A stretch of DNA of 64,000 bases from Auanema rhodensis (lineage: Eukaryota; Animalia; Nematoda), in NCBI GenBank assembly GCA_964057225.1, contig OZ059900.1, forward strand, positions 4,402,001-4,466,000, read 5' to 3'. The position numbers were made by a program, and so were the translations under genes. The first letter of the stretch is position 1, and each line of letters begins with the position of its first letter. The notes under the pieces were generated by a model. That model was not told the DNA's origin. It ran no database searches and saw only the letters and a list, made by a program, of their open reading frames with translations. Below are positions 11,892-22,740 of this stretch, one piece after another.

Positions 11892-14800
11892 TGGTTACCA
11901 TGCATCAAACCCATTCAGATTGTGTTTCTAGACTAATATGACCATGGGAAATTAATTTAAGTTCACAGTATTCTTCTATCTTTAACGGTATCCGAGTTAC
12001 AAATCAAGATCACTTTCTTTGGATACTTAGGTGGTATAGCTACCTGTTCACAAAAAATTGGAAGTCCTATTTACCATGCATCAAACACAATACGATAGTG
12101 TTTCTAGACTAAAATGACCATGGAGACTTCATTAAATTTCACAGTATTCTTCTATCTTCAACGGTATCCGAGTTAGAAATTAAGATCACTTTCTTTGGAT
12201 ACTTAGGTGATATAGCTACCTGTTCACAAAAAATTGGAAGTCTTGGTTACCATGCATCAAATCCTTTAAGATAGTGTTTCTAGACTAATATAACCATGGG
12301 GACTTCATTAAAATTAACAGTATTCTTCTATCTTCAACGGTATCCGAGTTACAAATCAAGATCACTTTCTTTGGATACTTAGGTGGTATAGCTACCTGTT
12401 CACAAAAAATTGGAAGTCCTGGTTACCATGCATCAAACCCATTAAGATTGTGTTTCTAGACTAATATGACTATGGGAAATTCATTTAAGTTCACAGTATT
12501 CTTCCATCTTTAACGGTATCCGAGTTACAAATCAAGATCACTTTCGTTGGATACTTAGGTGGTATAGCTACCTGTTCACAAAAAATTGGAAGTCCTATTT
12601 ACCCATGCATCAAACACAATACGATAGTGTTTCTAGACTAATATGACCATGAAGAGTTCATTAAAATTAACAGTATTCTTTTATCTTTAACGGTATCCGA
12701 GTTACAAATCAAGATCACTCTCTTTGGATACTTAGGTGATATAGCTACCTGTTCACAAAAAATTGGAAGTCTTGGTTACCATGCATCAAATCCTTTAAGA
12801 TAGTGTTTCTAGACTAATATAACCATGGGGACTTCATTAAAATTCACAGTATTCTTCCATCTTTAACGGTATCCGAGTTACAAATCAAGATCACTTTCTT
12901 TGGATACTTAGGTGGTATAGCTACCTGTTCACAAAAAATTGGAAGTCCTATTTACCCATGCATCAAACACAATACGATAGTGTTTCTAGACTAATATGAC
13001 CATGAAGAGTTCATTAAAATTAACAGTATTCTTTTATCTTTAACGGTATCCGAGTTACAAATCAAGATCACTCTCTTTGGATACTTAGGTGATATAGCTA
13101 CCTGTTCACAAAAAATTGGAAGTCTTGGTTACCATGCATCAAATCCTTTAAGATAGTGTTTCTAGACTAATATAACCATGGGGACTTCATTAAAATTAAC
13201 AGTATTCTTCTATCTTTAACGGTATCCGAGTTACAAATCAAGATCACTTTCTTTGGATACTTAGGTGGTATAGCTACCTGTTCACAAAAAATTGGAAGTC
13301 CTATTTACCATGCATCAAACACAATACGATAGTGTTTCTAGACTAAAATGACCATGGAGACTTCATTAAATTTCACAGTATTCTTCTATCTTCAACGGTA
13401 TCCGAGTTACAAATTAAGATCACTTTCTTTGGATACTTAGGTGATATAGCTACCTGTTCACAAAAAATTGGAAGTCTTGGTTACCATGCATCAAATCCTT
13501 TAAGATAGTGTTTCTAGACTAATATAACCATGGGGACTTCATTAAAATTAACAGTATTCTTCTATCTTCAACGGTATCCGAGTTACAAATCAAGATCACT
13601 TTCTTTGGATACTTAGGTGGTATAGCTACCTGTTCACAAAAAATTGGAAGTCCTGGTTACCATGCATCAAACCCATTAAGATTGTGTTTCTAGACTAATA
13701 TGACCATGGGAAATTCATTTAAGTTTACAGTATTCTTCCATCTTTAACGGTATCCGAGTTACAAATCAAGATCACTTTCTTTGGATACTTAGGTGGTATA
13801 GCTACCTGTTCACAAAAAATTGGAAGTCTTGGTTACCATGCATCACATCCTTTGAGATAGTGTTTCTAGACTAATATGACCATGAGGACTTCATTAAAAT
13901 TCACAGTATTCTTCCATCTTTAACGGTATCCGAGTTACAAATCAAGATCACTTTCTTTGGATACTTAGGTGGTATAGCTACCTGTTCACAAAAAATTGGA
14001 AGTCCTGGTTACCATGCATCAAACCCATTAAGATTGTGTTTCTAGACTAATATGACCATGAGAAATTAATTTAAGTTCACAGTATTCTTCTATCTTTAAC
14101 GGTATCCGAGTTACAAATCAAGATCACTTTCTTTGGATACTTAGGTGGTATAGCTACCTGTTCACAAAAAATTGGAAGTCCTATTTACCCATGCATCAAA
14201 CACAATACGATAGTGTTTCTAGACTAATATGACCATGAAGAGTTCATTAAAATTAACAGTATTCTTTTATCTTTAACGGTATCCGAGTTACAAATCAAGA
14301 TCACTCTCTTTGGATACTTAGGTGATATAGCTACCTGTTCACAAAAAATTGGAAGTCTTGGTTACCATGCATCAAACACAATACGATAGTGTTTCTAGAC
14401 TAAAATGACCATGGAGACTTCATTAAATTTCACAGTATTCTTCTATCTTCAACGGTATCCGAGTTACAAATTAAGATCACTTTCTTTGGATACTTAGGTG
14501 ATATAGCTACCTGTTCACAAAAAATTGGAAGTCTAGGTTACCATGCATCAAATCCTTTAAGATAGTGTTTCTAGACTAATATAACCATGGTGACTTCATT
14601 AAAATTAACAGTATTCTTCTATCTTCAACGGTATCCGAGTTACAAATCAAGATCACTTTCTTTGGATACTTAGGTGGTATAGCTACCTGTTCACAAAAAA
14701 TTGGAAGTCCTGGTTACCATGCATCAAACCCATTAAGATTGTGTTTCTAGACTAATATGACCATGGGAAATTCATTTAAGTTCACAGTATTCTTCCATCT

Positions 14801-17800
14801 TTAACGGTATCCGAGTTACAAATCAAGATCGTTTTCTTTGGATACTTAGGTGGTATAGCTACCTGTTCACAAAAAATTGGAAGTCTTGGTTACCATGCAT
14901 CACATCCTTTGAGATAGTGTTTCTAGACTAATATGACCATGGGGACTTCATTAAAATTCACAGTATTCTTCCATCTTTAACGGTATCCGAGTTACAAATC
15001 AAGATCACTTTCTTTGGATACTTAGGTGGTATAGCTACCTGTTCACAAAAAATTGGAAGTCCTGGTTACCATGCATCAAACCCATTAAGATTGTGTTTCT
15101 AGACTAATATGACCATGGGAAATTCATTTAAGTTTACAGTATTCTTCCATCTTTAACGGTATCCGAGTTACAAATCAAGATCACTTTCTTTGGATACTTA
15201 GGTGGTATAGCTACCTGTTCACAAAAAATTGGAAGTCTTGGTTACCATGCATCACATCCTTTGAGATAGTGTTTCTAGACTAATATGACCATGAGGACTT
15301 CATTAAAATTCACAGTATTCTTCCATCTTTAACGGTATCCGAGTTACAAATCAAGATCACTTTCTTTGGATACTTAGGTGGTATAGCTACCTGTTCACAA
15401 AAAATTGGAAGTCCTGGTTACCATGCATCAAACCCATTAAGATTGTGTTTCTAGACTAATATGACCATGAGAAATTAATTTAAGTTCACAGTATTCTTCT
15501 ATCTTTAACGGTATCCGAGTTACAAATCAAGATCACTTTCTTTGGATACTTAGGTGGTATAGCTACCTGTTCACAAAAAATTGGAAGTCCTATTTACCCA
15601 TGCATCAAACACAATACGATAGTGTTTCTAGACTAATATGACCATGAAGAGTTCATTAAAATTAACAGTATTCTTTTATCTTTAACGGTATCCGAGTTAC
15701 AAATCAAGATCACTCTCTTTGGATACTTAGGTGATATAGCTACCTGTTCACAAAAAATTGGAAGTCTTGGTTACCATGCATCAAACACAATACGATAGTG
15801 TTTCTAGACTAAAATGACCATGGAGACTTCATTAAATTTCACAGTATTCTTCTATCTTCAACGGTATCCGAGTTACAAATTAAGATCACTTTCTTTGGAT
15901 ACTTAGGTGATATAGCTACCTGTTCACAAAAAATTGGAAGTCTAGGTTACCATGCATCAAATCCTTTAAGATAGTGTTTCTAGACTAATATAACCATGGT
16001 GACTTCATTAAAATTAACAGTATTCTTCTATCTTCAACGGTATCCGAGTTACAAATCAAGATCACTTTCTTTGGATACTTAGGTGGTATAGCTACCTGTT
16101 CACAAAAAATTGGAAGTCCTGGTTACCATGCATCAAACCCATTAAGATTGTGTTTCTAGACTAATATGACCATGGGAAATTCATTTAAGTTCACAGTATT
16201 CTTCCATCTTTAACGGTATCCGAGTTACAAATCAAGATCACTTTCTTTGGATACTTAGGTGGTATAGCTACCTGTTCACAAAAAATTGGAAGTCTTGGTT
16301 ACCATGCATCACATCCTTTGAGATAGTGTTTCTAGACTAATATGACCATGGGGACTTCATTAAAATTCACAGTATTCTTCCATCTTTAACGGTATCCGAG
16401 TTACAAATCAAGATCACTTTCTTTGGATACTTAGGTGGTATAGCTACCTGTTCACAAAAAATTGGAAGTCCTGGTTACCATGCATCAAACACAATACGAT
16501 AGTGTTTCTAGACTAAAATGACCATGGAGACTTCATTAAATTTCACAGTATTCTTCTATCTTCAACGGTATCCGAGTTACAAATTAAGATCACTTTCTTT
16601 GGATACTTAGGTGATATAGCTACCTGTTCACAAAAAATTGGAAGTCTTGGTTACCATGCATCACATCCTTTGAGATAGTGTTTCTAGACTAATATGACCA
16701 TGAGGACTTCATTAAAATTCACAGTATTCTTCCATCTTTAACGGTATCCGAGTTACAAATCAAGATCACTTTCTTTGGATACTTAGGTGGTATAGCTACC
16801 TGTTCACAAAAAATTGGAAGTCCTGGTTACCATGCATCAAACCCATTAAGATTGTGTTTCTAGACTAATATGACCATGAGAAATTAATTTAAGTTCACAG
16901 TATTCTTCTATCTTTAACGGTATCCGAGTTACAAATCAAGATCACTTTCTTTGGATACTTAGGTGGTATAGCTACCTGTTCACAAAAAATTGGAAGTCCT
17001 ATTTACCCATGCATCAAACACAATACGATAGTGTTTCTAGACTAATATGACCATGAAGAGTTCATTAAAATTAACAGTATTCTTTTATCTTTAACGGTAT
17101 CCGAGTTACAAATCAAGATCACTCTCTTTGGATACTTAGGTGATATAGCTACCTGTTCACAAAAAATTGGAAGTCTTGGTTACCATGCATCAAACACAAT
17201 ACGATAGTGTTTCTAGACTAAAATGACCATGGAGACTTCATTAAATTTCACAGTATTCTTCTATCTTCAACGGTATCCGAGTTACAAATTAAGATCACTT
17301 TCTTTGGATACTTAGGTGATATAGCTACCTGTTCACAAAAAATTGGAAGTCTAGGTTACCATGCATCAAATCCTTTAAGATAGTGTTTCTAGACTAATAT
17401 AACCATGGTGACTTCATTAAAATTAACAGTATTCTTCTATCTTCAACGGTATCCGAGTTACAAATCAAGATCACTTTCTTTGGATACTTAGGTGGTATAG
17501 CTACCTGTTCACAAAAAATTGGAAGTCCTGGTTACCATGCATCAAACCCATTAAGATTGTGTTTCTAGACTAATATGACCATGGGAAATTCATTTAAGTT
17601 CACAGTATTCTTCCATCTTTAACGGTATCCGAGTTACAAATCAAGATCACTTTCTTTGGATACTTAGGTGGTATAGCTACCTGTTCACAAAAAATTGGAA
17701 GTCTTGGTTACCATGCATCACATCCTTTGAGATAGTGTTTCTAGACTAATATGACCATGGGGACTTCATTAAAATTCACAGTATTCTTCCATCTTTAACG

Positions 17801-18692
17801 GTATCCGAGTTACAAATCAAGATCACTTTCTTTGGATACTTAGGTGGTATAGCTACCTGTTCACAAAAAATTGGAAGTCCTGGTTACCATGCATCAAACC
17901 CATTAAGATTGTGTTTCTAGACTAATATGACCATGAGAAATTAATTTAAGTTCACAGTATTCTTCTATCTTTAACGGTATCCGAGTTACAAATCAAGATC
18001 ACTTTCTTTGGATAATTAGGTGGTATAGCTACCTGTTCACAAAAAATTGGAAGTCCTATTTACCCATGCATCAAACACAATACGATAGTGTTTCTAGACT
18101 AATATGACCATGAAGAGTTCATTAAAATTAACAGTATTCTTTTATCTTTAACGGTATCCGAGTTACAAATCAAGATCACTCTCTTTGGATACTTAGGTGA
18201 TATAGCTACCTGTTCACAAAAAATTGGAAGTCTTGGTTACCATGCATCAAATCCTTTAAGATAGTGTTTCTAGACTAATATAACCATGGGGACTTCATTA
18301 AAATTAACAGTATTCTTCTATCTTTAACGGTATCCGAGTTACAAATCAAGATCACTTTCTTTGGATACTTAGGTGGTATAGCTACCTGTTCACAAAAAAT
18401 TGGAAGTCCTATTTACCATGCATCAAACACAATACGATAGTGTTTCTAGACTAATATGACCATGGGGAGTTCATTAAAATTAACAGTATTCTTTTATCTT
18501 TAACGGTATCCGAGTTACAAATCAAGATCACTCTCTTTGGATACTTAGGTGGTATAGCTACCTGTTCACAAAAAATTGGAAGTCTTGGTTACCATGCATC
18601 AAATCCTTTAAGATAGTGTTTCTAGACTAATATAACCATGGGGACTTCACTAAAATAAACAGTATTCTTCTATCTTCAACGGTATCCGAGTT
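11892..18692. repeat. 176-bp satellite, about 38.5 monomers
   Basis: Unit GGTTACCATGCATCAAA...TTGGAAGTCCT counted at 176 bp; variant monomers recur at 1409 bp. Confidence 0.97.
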
Positions 18693-18699
18693 GCGGTTA

Positions 18700-18803
18700 G
18701 TGCGGTTAAACACCGCTTATCCCTCTAAGAAGTTATATGAACCAAAAAATTCACTAACTATTTAGTAGACTAGAGTCTCGCTCGTTATCGGAATAAACCA
18801 GAC
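18700..18803 (-). rRNA. 104-bp 18S fragment between two satellites
   Basis: Matches 10200-10303 and 48383-48486. Confidence 0.88.
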
Positions 18804-20059
18804 GCTGCATAAGAGATGAATGCTTTGCTCAATAGTTGAAGCTTAGTCAATAAATAAACTCAAATTTTGAATCATTGTCTGGAGAATCTGATCAAACTAC
18901 ATACAAAACAATATAAAAAGTGCTTGTATTGAAAGTAAAACTTTTAAAATACGAATCATTCTCATGAGAATCTGATCAAACTACATACAAAATGGTATAG
19001 AAAGTGCTTGTATTGATAGTAATACTTTTTATACCTGGGGGGGATACCGCCCCCAGACCCCCCGGATCTGGGATTGGACACTCCCGCTGCATAAGAGATG
19101 GATGCTTTGCCCAATAATTGAAGCTTAGTCAATAAATAAACTCAAATTATGAATCATTGTCTGGAGAATCTGATCAAACTACATACAAAACAATATAAAA
19201 AGTGCTTGTATTGAAAGTAAAACTTTTAAAATACGAATCATTCTCATGAGAATCTGATCAAACTACATACAAAATGGTATACAAAGTGCTTGTATTGATA
19301 GTAATACTTTCTATACCTGGGGGGGATACCCCCCCAGACCCCCCGGATCTGGGATTGGGCACTCCCGCTGCATAAGAGATGGATGCTTTGCCCAATAATT
19401 GAAGCTTAGTCAATAAATAAACTCAAATTATGAATCATTGTCTGGAGAATCTGATCAAACTACATACAAAACAATATAAAAAGTGCTTGTATTGAAAGTA
19501 AAACTTTTAAAATACGAATCATTCTCATGAGAATCTGATCAAACTACATACAAAATGGTATACAAAGTGCTTGTATTGATAGTAATACTTTCTATACCTG
19601 GGGGGAATACCCCCCCAGACCCCCCGGATCTGGGATTGGGCACTCCCGCTGCATAAGAGATGGATGCTTTGCTCAATAGTTGAAGCTTAGTCAATAAATA
19701 AACTCAAATTATGAATCATTGTCATGAGAATCTGATCAAACTACATACAAAACAATATAAAAAGTGCTTGTATTGAAAGTAAAACTTTTAAAATACGAAT
19801 CATTCTCATGAGAATCTGATCAAACTACATACAAAATGGTATACAAAGTGCTTGTATTGATAGTAATACTTTCTATACCTGGGGGGGGGGTACCCCCCCA
19901 GACCCCCCGGATCTGGGATTGGGCACTCCCGCTGCATAAGAGATGGATGCTTTGCCCAATAATTTAAGCTTAGTCAATAAATAAACTCAAATTATGAATC
20001 ATTGTCATGAGAATCTGATCAAACTACATACAAAACAATATAAAAAGTGCTTGTATTGA
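18803..20059. repeat. ~281-bp satellite, about 4.5 monomers, with internal ~83-bp duplication and G/C hairpin
   Basis: CGCTGCATAAGAGATG starts at about 18803, 19085, 19366, 19647 and 19930. Confidence 0.95.
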
Positions 20060-20235
20060 TTTGTATGGATTATGATAGTAATAGAAGTAGAGGTGAATAC
20101 GATGAGAATTATATATTAATGTTTGGTCTTTTATATGTTTTTTTTTGTTGCACAGCTTTGTTACTTATTAGTAACGATTTTATTGCATAGTTGTTACTCA
20201 TAAGTAACAACATAAGGAACGGTAAAATGGGTCGG

Positions 20236-20377
20236 TGTTATACATTCCGAAAATGTATTATAAACTCCAAATATGTATTAACACTTCCAAACATGTATCA
20301 TAAACACTAATAATGTATTATAAACTACAAAACATGTCATATAAACTCCAAAAATGTGTTATACACGCCAAAAATGA
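20236..20377. repeat. Degenerate ~21-bp minisatellite
   Basis: About 7 copies of TGTATTATAAACTCCAAAAA-like unit. Confidence 0.7.
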
Positions 20378-20721
20378 CTAAAGAATTTTCCTGTTTTGTA
20401 ATACATGCCAATTTTCTATTAGAATGTAAACAATTTTATTTTCTGTATATCTTCTTTATTTTCTCTGTCGAAGATAAAGAAAGTTCATTTAGCCATTGAT
20501 CAAAAAAATATTACTCTTCTTGTAAGTTGTTTATTTTTTTAAATAAGCTAATATTTTGTCTAATAATCAATTATCTCTCAGTGAATTATACCGCACTTGT
20601 TATCTTTCAATTTATTATTATTTGTTTCAGTTGTTTGCGCTAATCTGAATGAAAAAGTCACGAAACAACTCGGCGAGTACTGGCTTTTAGTCAGTTACAT
20701 TTAGTTTAAATTAATCAAACA

Positions 20722-21115
20722 ATGTCTTCGGTATCTGCTCTCTCCAAGAGGAGAAAGGTTCATTTGGCCAATGAACAGAAAAAAATGATGGTTACCCGAC
20801 CATCCTGTAAGTTTCTTTTTATCGTTTCATCTACTTATTATTTGTTTCAGATGTTCGTGCTCATCCGGATATGATGGTCAGGGAACAACTCGGCGAGTTG
20901 TTCCCAAACCACTGTTCGATAGAAAAAAAGTTGTCAGATACTTTTTCTATCGAGAAGCTCACTTTTATTGAGCAGTCCAGAAAAGTGGAAAGTAAGTTAA
21001 AAGTTCATATTTATAAAGTGTAACTTTATTATTTTCAGTGAGAAACCACTTTCATCGGCTGCTCTTAAGAGAAAGGAGAAGAAAAAGCTCCGCCAACGCC
21101 ATCTCAACCGTCTGA
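20722..21115 (+). CDS. Small 3-exon gene of unknown function
   Basis: ATG 20722; introns 20807-20850 and 20992-21038 (GTAAGT...TTTCAG); spliced frame MSSVSALSKRRKVHLANEQKKMMVTRPSYVRAHPDMMVREQLGELFP...; last-exon frame uncertain. Confidence 0.5.
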
Positions 21116-21587
21116 AAAAGAAGGAAGCAGCCGAGAAAAAAAAAACAATGTTACGGCTATTCGCAAAGCCCACATTCAGGGAATCAGTGAGAAGATTTCC
21201 TTAAACTATGATAATATGAAATATTGGTAAAATGTTGTATTTGTAAAATATTTTTTTGTAAATAAATTTTATATTCTTATTTTTGTTTTTTATTGGTTCT
21301 TAGTGTAAGAAAAAATATTTCATACGGCGGGAATAGTATTTTGATACTCTACACAGATCTGGGATTAAGCACTTTTCACTGATTTAATATAATTAGTAAA
21401 CATGTTTACAAGTGAATTAATATAAAAACATCATGTTTACATAAAAACAGGAAAAAATTCGAATCAGGCGGGAAAAGTTAAAGAAGAATGAAAATAACAG
21501 TGATATTCATTCTGGCTTTTAATATCTGTTTTATTAGTCAACTTCTTATTAATTATTTAATTTTCTCTTCTAGTTCTTTGAATAAAT

Positions 21588-21869
21588 ATGCAAAATTTTG
21601 ATTCTGAACGTCTCGAGCGTTCCCGTAAACAGCATATTTTAAAAGAAAGGATCAAAAATGAAATAAATAAAACATCATGTGGGTTTGCAAAATTTCACCA
21701 AAAAAACATTTTTTTTTATGCAGATGTTCGAAAGCATCCCGATCCTGCAGTTCAAAAAGAACTACATAACTCTTTCCCTGAGGGAGTTAATCTGAATAAA
21801 AGATTAGAGGACTCGGAATTTGATGTTTCATCGACCTCGGAAGATCAAAATTGCGAGGCTGTAGAATGA
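21588..21869 (+). CDS. Paralog of the 20722 gene; may be 5' exons of the SET-domain pseudogene
   Basis: In-frame 45-nt intron 21679-21723 at the same position; KTSYVRKHPDPAVQKELHNSFP aligns with RPSYVRAHPDMMVREQLGELFP. Confidence 0.5.
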   Translation: MQNFDSERLERSRKQHILKERIKNEINKTSCGFAKFHQKNIFFYADVRKHPDPAVQKELHNSFPEGVNLNKRLEDSEFDVSSTSEDQNCEAVE

Positions 21870-22326
21870 CAAGCAATCAAAACAGTAAGTCAAATTAAAA
21901 CGAATTTAAACATCACGTTTACAGATTTGTTCGGATTCAGTCTCGCACATGACCCCATCAAGTTTGTTCCACAAACTAATGCAGGACGAGGCAACATTTG
22001 CCCAATTTGTTGAAAATATGATTTCAACATTAGTGGGCATTTAGTAAGTTTCTTTGTTATTTTCATAACAATACCCGTTTTTTTTAGACAAAGCATATGG
22101 CAACCGAATTTGCCAATGATAAAGTAGCTATAGCTACTATTATCAAGGAACTGGCGGAAAAAACAAAAGAATTAAAAGAGAATCAATCGTTTTTTTCAAA
22201 AGTCAGAATTTTTGAATCTGACAAACGGAATGAACAATAAAAAACTGAAAAAAATAGTTCATAAAATGGAGAAGTAAGTTCAAGAAAAGTCTTTTTTAAC
22301 AACTCAAAACATTTAGCGCTGGAATA

Positions 22327-22740
22327 ATGTTCACGCCTCTTGATAAAACAACCGATTGTATCAATTTGAATCCTAGCTTTGATAGGAACGGTATACATGA
22401 CCCAAATGGTATAGCAGATTACTACAAAGTATGCGTTAAAGGAGGAAAAACGTTATTCGGACATGTCTCTTTGAAGTTCACCTCCTCAGCAGGTTTTCAT
22501 TTTATGCTTGTATTTAAACATTTCTATTTTTAAGAATCCAATGCTGTGAACAAACATAGGTTTGGAGGTCCCCTGATAAATCATAGTTACAAACACTATA
22601 ACGCTACTATGAAATTGATAGAATATAATAAAGGTTCGCAATAACATTACCAAAAGACAAACCTTAATATAATTCAGAAAAATATGCTATAATTGTGGCA
22701 GACAAGGATATTGAAGAAGGACAGGAAATTTTTTGGAAAT
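22327..22740 (+). pseudogene. SET-domain lysine methyltransferase fragment truncated by satellite
   Basis: Removing introns 22493-22534 and 22634-22677 gives ...GGPLINHSYKHYNATMKLIEYNKEKYAIIVADKDIEEGQEIFWK, matching SET NHSxxxN and AxxDIxxGEEI motifs. Confidence 0.7.

Noticed and set aside
11892-18692. CRISPR-like conserved/variable alternation
   Set aside because: Variable parts are point variants of one sequence, not unique spacers; no cas genes; eukaryotic context.
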